The translations under genes were made by a program, and so were the position numbers. Positions 19,499 to 28,921 of a stretch of 60,984 bases of DNA are shown in pieces (the first letter of the stretch is position 1; each line of letters begins with the position of its first letter). The notes beneath the pieces were generated by a model. The model made no database searches. It saw only the letters and a list, made by a program, of their open reading frames with translations, and was not told the origin of the DNA. The stretch comes from Patescibacteria group bacterium (lineage in GTDB: Bacteria > Patescibacteriota > Microgenomatia > UBA8517), in the NCBI GenBank assembly GCA_036381415.1, contig DASVCV010000005.1, positions 1 through 60,984 of the forward strand. The letters are read 5' to 3'.

Positions 19499-20695
19499 AT
19501 GAAAATATTAATGTTAGTTCCATTTCTACCTAATACCTACACTTCTGGTGGCCAGACAAGATGGTATAACCTTATTAAATACTTATCTGAAAGGCATGAA
19601 ATTACACTCTACTCTCTTTTAAAGGATGAATCTGAGAGAAGATTTGTTCCTGAGCTTGAAAAATACTGTAAAAAAGTAAAGGTGTTCTCAAGACCAGAGT
19701 CACCTTGGACATTTAGAAACTTATTTTTGACTGCATTTTCTTTCTATCCTCTTCTTGTTATTCGTAACTGGTCTTTTAAAGAAAGAAAAGAGATCAAAGA
19801 AGAACTAGAAAAGGAGAAATATGATCTAATTCATGCTGAGGCATTTTATGTTATGCCCCATTTGCCAGCAACTCATATTCCAAACATTCTTGTTGAGCAG
19901 ACGATTGAGTATCAGGTTTATAAACACCATGTTGATACTCAAGTTCCCTGGATCTTAAAGCCTATTTATATGATTGATATTATTAAGCTTAGATATTGGG
20001 AAAGGTATTTTTGGAAGAAAACTACGAGGCTTATTGCAGTAAGTGAAGATGACAAAAAGGTAATGCAGGAGGAGATCCCGGGAATTAAGGTTGAAGTAAT
20101 ACCAAATGGAGTGGATGCTGACTATTTTGCTAAAAAGAAGGTAGAAAGGAAGACTCCTCCACGTATTTTATATCTAGGAAACTTTAAGTGGATTCAAAAT
20201 TCTGAAGCGTTAGGGCTACTTGTAAGTGAGGTTTGGCCAAGGGTAAAGAGTGCTTTCCCAAAATCCTTATTATGGGTAGTAGGAAGAGATATTCCCAAAG
20301 AAATTACAAATATGGCTAAAGATCCTGAGAATAAGATTGAGGTTACCGAGGCTATTGAGGATCCAAGAGATGCCTACCAGGGGTCATCTGTCATGGTACT
20401 TCCTATTAAAGGTTCAGGGGGTACAAGATTAAAGGTAATTGAAGCTATGGCTTCAGCACTACCTATTGTTTCTACTCAGAATGGAGTAGGTGGATTAGGC
20501 CTCATACCAGGAAAACATGCACTTGTTTCTGATTCAATTGAAAAAATAGCAACTGACACAGTTCTTCTTTTAACGGACAGAAAAAAGGCAGAAAAGATAG
20601 GCAAGGCAGGTCAAGAATTTGTTAGAAAAGTTTATGACTGGAAGATAATAGTAAAACTACACGATGCAATATATAAGGAGGTAATTAATGAGTAA
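19499..20695 (+). CDS. GT4 glycosyltransferase
   Basis: GGTRLKVIEAMASALPIVST signature and a GT-B length. Confidence 0.75.
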   Translation: MKILMLVPFLPNTYTSGGQTRWYNLIKYLSERHEITLYSLLKDESERRFVPELEKYCKKVKVFSRPESPWTFRNLFLTAFSFYPLLVIRNWSFKERKEIKEELEKEKYDLIHAEAFYVMPHLPATHIPNILVEQTIEYQVYKHHVDTQVPWILKPIYMIDIIKLRYWERYFWKKTTRLIAVSEDDKKVMQEEIPGIKVEVIPNGVDADYFAKKKVERKTPPRILYLGNFKWIQNSEALGLLVSEVWPRVKSAFPKSLLWVVGRDIPKEITNMAKDPENKIEVTEAIEDPRDAYQGSSVMVLPIKGSGGTRLKVIEAMASALPIVSTQNGVGGLGLIPGKHALVSDSIEKIATDTVLLLTDRKKAEKIGKAGQEFVRKVYDWKIIVKLHDAIYKEVINE

Positions 20696-21563
20696 GAGTG
20701 GCAAGATTGATCTTTCGATTATAATTTTAAATTTTAATACAAAAGAGCTTCTTCAAGACTGTTTACTTTCTTTAAAGAAAGTAGAGAAGAAGGCTAATTT
20801 TGAGGTAATAGTAAGTGATAACGGTAGTGAAGATGGATCAGTTGAGATGATTAAAAAAGACTTTCCTCAGGTGGTTTTAGTGGAAAATAAAAAAAACCTG
20901 GGATTTGCTGCAGGAAATAATGCTGCAAAAAGTGCGGCAAAAGGAGAGTTTGTTCTTTTTCTTAATTCAGATACAGTAGTGCCTGAAGGAACAATCGGCA
21001 AATCATTAGAATATATAAAAGAGGATTTAAGTGTTGGCGCAGTTTCTTGCAAAACAGTACTACCTAGCGGAGAACTTGATAGGGATGCTAGAAGATCATT
21101 TCCTACTCCCTGGGTTGCATTTACTCACTTTTCTCATCTAGATAGAATTTTTCCAAAGTCTCATATATTTTCAAAATATTGGTATGGGTACATACCAGCC
21201 AATGTTACTCATGACATTGATGTACTTCAGGGAGCGTTTTGCTTAACTAGAAAGAAAATATTAGATGATATTGGGTGGTTTGATGAAGATTATTTTTTGG
21301 ATGGAGAAGATGTGGATTTGTGTTGGAGAATCAAAGAGAAGGGTTTTAGGATTGTTTACTATCCTGATGTTTCAATTTTGCATGTAAAGAAAGGAACAAA
21401 GAAGAAAGTAAAGAGCAGGAAAAATGTTGCAGCTGGGGTGGATGCTATGGAGATATTTTATAGAAAGAGGCTATGGAGTAGGTATCCTCTAATTATCAAT
21501 TTAAAAATGATTGCATTTATTAAATTTATGAAGGTGATTAGGATTATTAGAAGCTATATATGA
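20688..21563 (+). CDS. GT2 glycosyltransferase (paralog of 17242..18141)
   Basis: DLSIIILNFNTKELL ... VSDNGSEDGS ... NLGFAAGNN ... LNSDT ... GEDVDLC. Confidence 0.8.
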   Translation: MSKSGKIDLSIIILNFNTKELLQDCLLSLKKVEKKANFEVIVSDNGSEDGSVEMIKKDFPQVVLVENKKNLGFAAGNNAAKSAAKGEFVLFLNSDTVVPEGTIGKSLEYIKEDLSVGAVSCKTVLPSGELDRDARRSFPTPWVAFTHFSHLDRIFPKSHIFSKYWYGYIPANVTHDIDVLQGAFCLTRKKILDDIGWFDEDYFLDGEDVDLCWRIKEKGFRIVYYPDVSILHVKKGTKKKVKSRKNVAAGVDAMEIFYRKRLWSRYPLIINLKMIAFIKFMKVIRIIRSYI

Positions 21564-22675
21564 AAATACTTCTTGATGCAAGGTTGTATGGATTGGAAAA
21601 TGCAGGAATTGGTAGATATGTTGTTAATTTAGTAGGGGAATTGTCAAAAATAGATTCTAAAAATGAATATATAATACTTCTTGGCAAAAAATACTTTGAG
21701 AGTTTAGATTTACCTTCTAACTGGAAGAAAGTTTTGGTAGAATCAAAACACTACAGTGTTTCAGAACAAATAAAACTGCCAAAAATTATTGCAAAGTACA
21801 ATCCTGATTTAGTTCACTTTCTTCATTTTAATGTGCCAATTTTATATAGAGGAAAGTATGTTGTGACAATACATGATTTACTAATGCAGACTCATAGAGG
21901 AGTGGGAGCAACTACTCTTCCTATATATTTATATTACCCAAAGCACCTTGGATCCAAATTTGTTTTTAGAAAAGGAGTGAAAAGCGCAAAAAGAATTATA
22001 GTTCCGTCGAGTGCAGTAAGAGATGAAGTCTGTTCCTACTTTAAATTGGATTGCAACAAAGTAGAGGTTATTTATGAGGGAGTGGATGATGCAATAACTG
22101 GAAAAATATCTAAATCTAAAATTGAGACACCATATTTCCTGTATGTAGGGAGTGCATACCCACATAAGAATTTAGAAAGAGCAATTCAAGCTGCAACATT
22201 ATTAAAGACAACTTTAGCAATTGCTTGTGCAAGGAGTGTGTTTTTAGAAAGACTTGAGAGGTTGGTACAAAAAAATAACGCAAGTGAGTTTGTAAAGATT
22301 TTGGGATTTGTTCCTGATAATGAATTGGGAGGACTTTATAAGAATTCATTAGGATTTGTGTTTCCATCACTTTCAGAAGGGTTTGGACTTCCTGGACTTG
22401 AAGCTATGGCAAGGGGAACAGTGGTAGCTGCATCAGATACTCCTGTTTTTAAGGAGATTTATAAAGAGAATGCAGTTTATTTTGATCCTTATAGTATGGA
22501 AAGCATTAAAGAGGCGATGGAGAAAATTGTAAATATGGATGAAAGTGCAAGAAGCAGGATGATTCTGAAAGGAAAAGATTTTGTAAAAAGGTACAGTTGG
22601 ACTAAAATGGCCAAAGAAACTTTAGATATATATGAAAAGACAGCTAAAAGTAGCCTTGGTGTACGATCGGGTTAA
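21560..22675 (+). CDS. GT4 glycosyltransferase
   Basis: EGFGLPGLEAMARGTVVAAS signature. ATGA overlap with the upstream gene. Confidence 0.75.
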   Translation: MKILLDARLYGLENAGIGRYVVNLVGELSKIDSKNEYIILLGKKYFESLDLPSNWKKVLVESKHYSVSEQIKLPKIIAKYNPDLVHFLHFNVPILYRGKYVVTIHDLLMQTHRGVGATTLPIYLYYPKHLGSKFVFRKGVKSAKRIIVPSSAVRDEVCSYFKLDCNKVEVIYEGVDDAITGKISKSKIETPYFLYVGSAYPHKNLERAIQAATLLKTTLAIACARSVFLERLERLVQKNNASEFVKILGFVPDNELGGLYKNSLGFVFPSLSEGFGLPGLEAMARGTVVAASDTPVFKEIYKENAVYFDPYSMESIKEAMEKIVNMDESARSRMILKGKDFVKRYSWTKMAKETLDIYEKTAKSSLGVRSG

Positions 22676-23717
22676 TAAATGGGGTGGAGCAGAAAGAGTG
22701 CTTTTAGTACTCCATGAACTTTTTCCAGATGCACCACTTTTCACGTCAGTTTATTCACAAGATAGGGCAGAGTGGGCTGAAGTTTTTCCTAATGTAATCC
22801 CCTCTTTCTTACAAAAAATTCCATTTGCCAAAGATAATCATGAATATTTTGCAAGTTTAATGCCACTTGCTTTTAGGTCGCACAATATCAAAGGATATGA
22901 TGTTGTTATTTCAGTTACTTCTGAGTTTGCAAAAGCTGTTAGAACAGATGGTATTCATATTTGCTACTGTCTTACTCCAACTCGTTATTTATGGAGTTCA
23001 TTTGATGACTACTTTAAAAATCCAATGTTAAGAATAGGGAGTACTCCCCTTATTTCATTTTTAAAAAACTGGGATAGGAAGGTTGCACAAGAACCTGATG
23101 CAATTGTTTCAATATCCAAGGAAGTCAGAAAGAGAGTTAAAGACTACTATGGCAGAAATTCCAAAATTATTTTTCCCCCAGTGGAGGTGGAAAAATTTAA
23201 CAGAAGAAAGGGAAGTAAAAGAAAAGGAGATTTTTATTTAGTAGTTTCCAGATTAGTTTCATATAAGAAAGTGGATCTTGTAATTGAGGTGTTTAATGAG
23301 TTGGGGTATCCCCTTATTATTGTTGGAAAAGGAAAAGAAGAGAAGAATTTAAAAAAAATAGCTAACCGAAATATTAAGTTTGCTAGTGAACTTACTGATA
23401 ACAAACTTAGATATTATTATTCTAACTGCAAGGCTTTGGTATTCCCTCAGTTGGAAGATTTTGGAATAGTGGCAGTGGAAGCACAGGCAGCAGGTGCTCC
23501 TGTTATTGCATATAAGAAAGGTGGAGCACTCGATACTGTAATTGATGGAAAGACTGGAATATTTTTTAAGAAACAAAATAGAGAATCTTTAATAGAAGCT
23601 ATAAAGAGATTTGAAAAGATGAAGTTTGGACAGGGTACAATTGTAGCAAATGCAAAGAGATTTTCAGTTAAAAGGTTTAAAAAGGAGTTCTTAACAATAG
23701 TAGAGTCTATATGTTAG
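22632..23717 (+). CDS. GT4 glycosyltransferase
   Basis: EDFGIVAVEAQAAGAPVIA signature. Track start overlaps the upstream gene by 44 nt; in-frame TTG 22656 or GTG 22659 are alternatives. Confidence 0.7.
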   Translation: MKRQLKVALVYDRVNKWGGAERVLLVLHELFPDAPLFTSVYSQDRAEWAEVFPNVIPSFLQKIPFAKDNHEYFASLMPLAFRSHNIKGYDVVISVTSEFAKAVRTDGIHICYCLTPTRYLWSSFDDYFKNPMLRIGSTPLISFLKNWDRKVAQEPDAIVSISKEVRKRVKDYYGRNSKIIFPPVEVEKFNRRKGSKRKGDFYLVVSRLVSYKKVDLVIEVFNELGYPLIIVGKGKEEKNLKKIANRNIKFASELTDNKLRYYYSNCKALVFPQLEDFGIVAVEAQAAGAPVIAYKKGGALDTVIDGKTGIFFKKQNRESLIEAIKRFEKMKFGQGTIVANAKRFSVKRFKKEFLTIVESIC

Positions 23718-23730
23718 TATTACAATTACT

Positions 23731-24825
23731 ATGAAAATTGTGATTTTCTGCGGTGGGCATGGTACCCGTCTTTGGCCAATAAGTAGAGTCTCTTTCCCCA
23801 AACCTTTTGTCCCTCTTTTGAAAGAGAAATCCCTTTTTCAAATAACTTATGAAAGATACCGCAAAGATTATTCCCCAAAAGATATATTCATTTCAACTGA
23901 AGATAAATATTTAAAGTTTGTAAAAGAACAGGCTCCTGAGGTTCCTAAAGAAAATATAATACTAGAACCAGAGCGAAGAGATACTTTGGCTGCTTATGGG
24001 CTTGTTACTATATTTATGAATAAGCGTTTTCCTGGGGAACCTGTTTTATTTTCCTGGGCAAAGCATTTAATTAGAAGAGAAAGAGTGTTTTTGGATGCAG
24101 TGAAGGCAGCTGGAAAACACACTAAAGAGACTGGAGTGGGTGTTTCTATTGACTCAAAACCAGAATTTCCAAGTGTTAATAATGGCTGGGTTAAAAAGGG
24201 TACAAGTTTGGGATTTTTGGGAGGATCAGTTTACTACAAGCTAGAAAAGCAAGTTGAAAAGCCGGAGTTGGCTTTAGCTAAAAGACTATTTTTGTCTGGA
24301 AGCTGGCTAATTCATACAGGTTATAAAGTTTGGGATACTGAGAAACTTCTTGGATACTACAAACAGTATCAGCCTGAAATGTATAAAGGTCTAATGAAAA
24401 TTTCAGCTGCAATGGGAACTAAGCTTTGGAAAACAGAGCTTTATAGACAGTACCATGCTTTCCCTAAGACATCCATAGACTATGGAATTTTAGAAAAGCT
24501 ACCAGCTGACTCATTTGTAACTTTAGAGGCTGATATGGGGTGGGAAGATGTGGGAATATCTTGGGAAACATACTACAAAGGTTTAGTTACTTCTACACTT
24601 AAGGATGATACTGTTGAAGAAGGTGGAGTGGATACAGAGTACTTAGATGCTGAAAGGAATTTAGTAATAGGTACTAAGGGCAAGATGATAGGAATTGTTG
24701 GAGTTTCTGACATAGCAGTTATTGATACTCCAGATGGTCTTTTGATTTGTAAGCTGTCAGATAGCCAAAAAGTTAAAAAACTATATGAAATGATTGAGAA
24801 GAAGAATTCCAAATATGTTGATTAA
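23731..24825 (+). CDS. Mannose-1-phosphate guanylyltransferase (GDP-mannose pyrophosphorylase)-like nucleotidyltransferase
   Basis: N-terminal FCGGHGTRLWPISR...PKPF, the signature of the NTP-sugar transferase/ManC family. No PMI domain. Confidence 0.7.
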   Translation: MKIVIFCGGHGTRLWPISRVSFPKPFVPLLKEKSLFQITYERYRKDYSPKDIFISTEDKYLKFVKEQAPEVPKENIILEPERRDTLAAYGLVTIFMNKRFPGEPVLFSWAKHLIRRERVFLDAVKAAGKHTKETGVGVSIDSKPEFPSVNNGWVKKGTSLGFLGGSVYYKLEKQVEKPELALAKRLFLSGSWLIHTGYKVWDTEKLLGYYKQYQPEMYKGLMKISAAMGTKLWKTELYRQYHAFPKTSIDYGILEKLPADSFVTLEADMGWEDVGISWETYYKGLVTSTLKDDTVEEGGVDTEYLDAERNLVIGTKGKMIGIVGVSDIAVIDTPDGLLICKLSDSQKVKKLYEMIEKKNSKYVD

Positions 24826-24833
24826 CTAAAACT

Positions 24834-25469
24834 ATGTTTGAGTTTATAAAACGCCTTATTGATATAACCCTTTCCTTACTTCTTCTTATTATTTTTTCTC
24901 CAGTTATAATTGCATCTGCAATTGCAATTAAACTAACGTCTCCCGGGCCTGTATTTGCAGATACTCCAAAGAGAGTTGGCAAAGATAATAAACTATTTTA
25001 CCCTTTTAAATTTAGATCAATGATAGCTAATGCTCATGAGCTATTAAGAACTGATCCAAAGTTTAAAGCTCTGTATGAAGAGTATAAAAAATCAAGTTAT
25101 AAGCTGCATACTGATCCTAGGGTTACTCCTGTTGGAAAGTTTATTAGAAAACACTCTATTGATGAAATACCTCAATTTATAAACGTATTAAAAGGAGAAA
25201 TGAGCATTGTGGGCCCTAGGCCATATTATCCTGAGGAATTAAAGGAGCAGCTTGAAAAATACCCAATGGTAACCAAGTATTTAAATGATGTGATATCTGT
25301 GAGGCCTGGAATAACTGGATATTGGCAAGTATCTGGAAGAAGTGATGTAAATTTTGATAAAAGGATAGAAATGGATGCCTACTATGCTAGAAAAAGATCG
25401 ATACTTCTTGATTTATCTATACTTGCTAAAACTCCTTGGGCAATGATATCTGGAAAAGGTGCTGTATAA
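24834..25469 (+). CDS. Small monotopic phosphoglycosyl transferase (bacterial sugar transferase; PglC/WbaP C-domain-like), pathway initiator
   Basis: KRLIDITLSLLLL re-entrant helix, FKFRSM, DEIPQFINVLKGEMSIVGPRP, RPGITGYWQVSGRS. Confidence 0.8.
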   Translation: MFEFIKRLIDITLSLLLLIIFSPVIIASAIAIKLTSPGPVFADTPKRVGKDNKLFYPFKFRSMIANAHELLRTDPKFKALYEEYKKSSYKLHTDPRVTPVGKFIRKHSIDEIPQFINVLKGEMSIVGPRPYYPEELKEQLEKYPMVTKYLNDVISVRPGITGYWQVSGRSDVNFDKRIEMDAYYARKRSILLDLSILAKTPWAMISGKGAV

Positions 25470-25471
25470 AA

Positions 25472-25480
25472 TGTTAATAT
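25472..25480 (+). promoter_or_regulatory. Extended -10 TGtTAATAT, 6 nt upstream of ATG 25487
   Basis: tgttaatat, then tagaac, then ATG. Confidence 0.4.
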
Positions 25481-25486
25481 TAGAAC

Positions 25487-27610
25487 ATGCCTGACGAGAC
25501 GCCCACAATTCCTCATATAGATTTAAGTGAAGATAAAGCTAAAGAAGGAGAAATGCTTGAAGTAAATCCAACTGTTGATCCTGAGGCAGCTAGTGTAGAG
25601 GCAAAGGTTGAGGAAAATACACCTGAGATTGGTGAAGAAGCTATCAAAGATGATGTTAAAGTAGAAAAAGAAGATCCGGTTGTAATTAACCATACTGCAA
25701 CTAATGGAGGATATATGGGAACACCAAGAAGAAAAAAGATAAAGAAAATATTAGGAATAACAGCATTAGCTGTTGTTATTTTTATTGCAATATTAGCTCT
25801 TGCAGTTGGAATTCCTGGTTATTCTGTTTATAAAAAAGTACAAGTAGTTATGGCTGATGGAAATTCTTTAAAAGATGCATTCAGCAAACAAAACATTGGT
25901 GATATTAAAACAGGGCTTACTAAAATTGAAAAAGATTTAGGTTCACTTCAAGGTTCATACAATGCCTTAGGTTGGTTAAAGGTTGTTCCTTTTGTTGGAC
26001 CTTATTGGAAAGATGGAGATGCTGCAATTAAAGGCGGAATATATGGAGTTCAGGCAGGTCAGATGGGAGTAAAAACCTTAGAGCCTTATGCTGACATTAT
26101 TGGATTTGGGGGAGACAAGGCAAAAAGTGGTGAAGAGACTGCAAATGACCGTATGGAGTTTGTGGTAAAAACAATCAGCCAGATTGCACCACAAGTAGAA
26201 GAAATTGGAAAGAAAGCAACTCAGGCAAAAAATGAGATAGATAAAATAGATGCAAATAGATATCCGGAAACTTTTAAGGGTAAAAAGATTAGGGAAAACA
26301 TAAAGAAGGTTCAAGAATTGGTTGATGAGGGAACTTCATTTTTAAGTCAGAGCAAGCCATTACTAGATGCTGCTCCAAGCTTACTAGGAATTGATTCACC
26401 TAAAACTTACTTAGTTCTTTTCCAAAATGATAAGGAACTTCGTCCGACAGGAGGATTTATAACAGCATATTCAATAATGACTGTTAGTAAGGGTAAATTT
26501 GAGCCAGTATCTTCAAATGATATTTATAATCTAGATAAGTCATATGTTCCAAATGTTGCCGCCCCTTCTCCAATTGTTAAATATATTGCGGGTCCATACA
26601 CCATTAACCGAAACTTAAGGCTAAGAGATATGAATTGGGATCCTGACTATAAAACTGCAATGGAACTTTTCAGTAAAGAAGCAAAGAAAGCTGGGGTGAC
26701 TGGAATTGATGGAATAATAGCAGTAGATACTTCAGTTGTTGTAAATATCTTAAATGTAATTGGACCAGTTGGAGTTCCTGGATTTGGAAACTTTAGTACC
26801 GAAATTGTTCCACAATGCAATTGTCCTCAGGTTATATTTGAACTAGAAAGTTTTGCAGATGTAGAAGGATCAATTGTTTGGGATCAAAATGATCCAACTA
26901 AAATTATTTATGCCCCACCTAATTTTGATAATAGGAAGAAGATTGTTGGACCTTTGATGAATTCAGTACTTAGAAATGCTTTGGGACAACCTAAGGAGAA
27001 GATTGCTTCTTTATTCCAGGCTGGGTGGGATTCAGTAACTCAAAAACATGTTCTTTTGTATATGTTTGATGAGAAAACCCAAGAAGGCGCTGAAGCATTT
27101 AATATTGCAGGAAGAATGAAAGATTATGATGGAGACTATCTTCATATAAATGATGCAAACTTGGGGGGAAGAAAAGCAAACCTGTATGCTACCCAGGAAG
27201 TTGTTCAGGATGTAAAAGTGGCAGGTGATGGATCAGTTGAAAAGACTGTGACAATTACTTATAAAAATCCTCAGGGATATGATGGATGGCTTAATTCAGT
27301 TCTTCCAACTTGGACAAGAGTGTATGTACCAAAAGGATCAACTCTTATTTCATCTGACGGGTTTGATGATAAAGGTGAGACTTATGAGGAGCATGGAAAG
27401 ACAGTGTTTTCAGGCGGGTTTAAGTTAAGGCCACAAGGAGTTGTAAAGATAACTTTAAAATATAAACTACCATTTAAGGTAAAAGGGGAATACAAGCTTC
27501 TTGTTCAGAAACAAGCAGGAACCGGTTCTCCGCTTTTCTCTGTTAATATAGGAAGACAAAAAGATGAGGGGTATCTTCTAACAGATAAAGAATACAGATT
27601 TAAGATTTGA
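25487..27610 (+). CDS. DUF4012-like surface protein (acidic N-terminus, one TM, large extracytoplasmic domain)
   Basis: TM at ILGITALAVVIFIAILALAVGI. The motif LVLFQNDKELRPTGGFITAY matches the N-x-E-x-R-x-TGG core that I recall for DUF4012. Confidence 0.55.
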   Translation: MPDETPTIPHIDLSEDKAKEGEMLEVNPTVDPEAASVEAKVEENTPEIGEEAIKDDVKVEKEDPVVINHTATNGGYMGTPRRKKIKKILGITALAVVIFIAILALAVGIPGYSVYKKVQVVMADGNSLKDAFSKQNIGDIKTGLTKIEKDLGSLQGSYNALGWLKVVPFVGPYWKDGDAAIKGGIYGVQAGQMGVKTLEPYADIIGFGGDKAKSGEETANDRMEFVVKTISQIAPQVEEIGKKATQAKNEIDKIDANRYPETFKGKKIRENIKKVQELVDEGTSFLSQSKPLLDAAPSLLGIDSPKTYLVLFQNDKELRPTGGFITAYSIMTVSKGKFEPVSSNDIYNLDKSYVPNVAAPSPIVKYIAGPYTINRNLRLRDMNWDPDYKTAMELFSKEAKKAGVTGIDGIIAVDTSVVVNILNVIGPVGVPGFGNFSTEIVPQCNCPQVIFELESFADVEGSIVWDQNDPTKIIYAPPNFDNRKKIVGPLMNSVLRNALGQPKEKIASLFQAGWDSVTQKHVLLYMFDEKTQEGAEAFNIAGRMKDYDGDYLHINDANLGGRKANLYATQEVVQDVKVAGDGSVEKTVTITYKNPQGYDGWLNSVLPTWTRVYVPKGSTLISSDGFDDKGETYEEHGKTVFSGGFKLRPQGVVKITLKYKLPFKVKGEYKLLVQKQAGTGSPLFSVNIGRQKDEGYLLTDKEYRFKI

Positions 27611-27612
27611 GA

Positions 27613-28152
27613 ATGAGATCTTATTCTTCACAAGGCATAATTCTTGCCCGAAGAAATTATGGAGAGGCAGATAGAGTTTTATCTGTGATGACAGATAATT
27701 TAGGGAGAATTTCACTTCTTGCAAAAGGTGTAAGAAGACCAAAAAGCCGAAAAAGAGGACATATTGAAGTTTTTAATTTAGTGAAATTCCAAGCAAGTGA
27801 AGGACGAGGTCTTGGTTTAATGACTGAAGCAGAAGTTATTAATGATTACAATAAATTAAGACAGGATTTAAAAAAAATGTCTGTTGCCTACTTTTTTTCA
27901 GAGGTAATAGGAAAGATTACAAGAGAAGGTGAACCTCACAAAGAATTGTTTGGCCTTTTAAAAGATTATTTAGAGGAAATTTGTACGTCTTCAAATTTGA
28001 GGCAACTAAGAAGTGAATTTACAAGAAAAGCATTGGTTTCTGTTGGGTTCTGGCCAGAAGGAAAGAAAATGGATAATCCAGATTATATTTTAGAAGATGT
28101 AACAGAGAGAAAAATGTCATCTGTCAGAGTTGGCCGAAAAATTACTTCTTAA
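27613..28152 (+). CDS. recO: DNA repair protein RecO
   Basis: N-terminal OB-fold pattern GIILARRNYGEADRVLSVMT...GRISLLAKGVRRPKS. ATG 27613 chosen over TTG 27607. Confidence 0.65.
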   Translation: MRSYSSQGIILARRNYGEADRVLSVMTDNLGRISLLAKGVRRPKSRKRGHIEVFNLVKFQASEGRGLGLMTEAEVINDYNKLRQDLKKMSVAYFFSEVIGKITREGEPHKELFGLLKDYLEEICTSSNLRQLRSEFTRKALVSVGFWPEGKKMDNPDYILEDVTERKMSSVRVGRKITS

Positions 28153-28915
28153 TACAGAAAAAGCTTCCTGATGGACTTAGCTCTGGAAGTGAAATTCCAG
28201 TTGTGTGAAATGAAGAGGCAGATCCTCCATCAAGATTTAGAGCATCATCTATTTTTATGTTTTTGGCTTTAGCAAAATCAGAAAGAAGTGAGGGAAGGTC
28301 CCCAAGATTAGGACCTTGATAAACTGATTTGGGGTCATAGAAAGCTATAAAAAATATTTTTCCATTTGAAAGGGCTACTACAATTCTTCGACTTTCTTTA
28401 TCAGAGTTTATTTTTAGAGATGTGGGATAGTTATTTTGAAATAGTATTGGACCTGATTGAAGTGCGATTCTGGTGTTTTGGGTTTGAGAGTCTGTTGATA
28501 TTGAGGCAATGTTTGTTTTTGAGATTTTAAAAAACCCATTAAAAAGAAGATTCTCCTGATATTCTCCTACCCTTTTATCATCTGTTACAAAAAGGCCAAT
28601 AGGTGCATTTTCTAAGGAGTAGAATCCCCCATTTGTAAGCTCATCGCATTTATATTTATCAGTAACATCAAAGGCGGTTTCTTTTTCATTAAAGTTAGGA
28701 ATTAAGGAAATTTTATCAGCAACTGTTTCAATCCAGACAGCTTTTAGAGTTTTTCCATTGTAGTTTAAATTAAGTGTATTAGCAGGAGTTACTATGCCAG
28801 AAGTTTCATTTGTTTGTTCTTGAGTACTTGGAGTTTGGTTTACGATAGTAAGAGCTATAAATAGGACTGCAAGAAAGGCTAGAACTACTATGGAAAAGAT
28901 ATAGATTTTTCTCAT
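28142..28915 (-). CDS. Phosphodiester glycosidase (DUF2233/NAGPA-like) family protein, membrane-anchored
   Basis: N-terminal TM and a C-terminal NLDGGSASSF motif typical of this family. 11-nt convergent overlap with recO. Confidence 0.45.
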   Translation of the reverse strand: MRKIYIFSIVVLAFLAVLFIALTIVNQTPSTQEQTNETSGIVTPANTLNLNYNGKTLKAVWIETVADKISLIPNFNEKETAFDVTDKYKCDELTNGGFYSLENAPIGLFVTDDKRVGEYQENLLFNGFFKISKTNIASISTDSQTQNTRIALQSGPILFQNNYPTSLKINSDKESRRIVVALSNGKIFFIAFYDPKSVYQGPNLGDLPSLLSDFAKAKNIKIDDALNLDGGSASSFHTTGISLPELSPSGSFFCIKK

Positions 28916-28921
28916 GTATAT

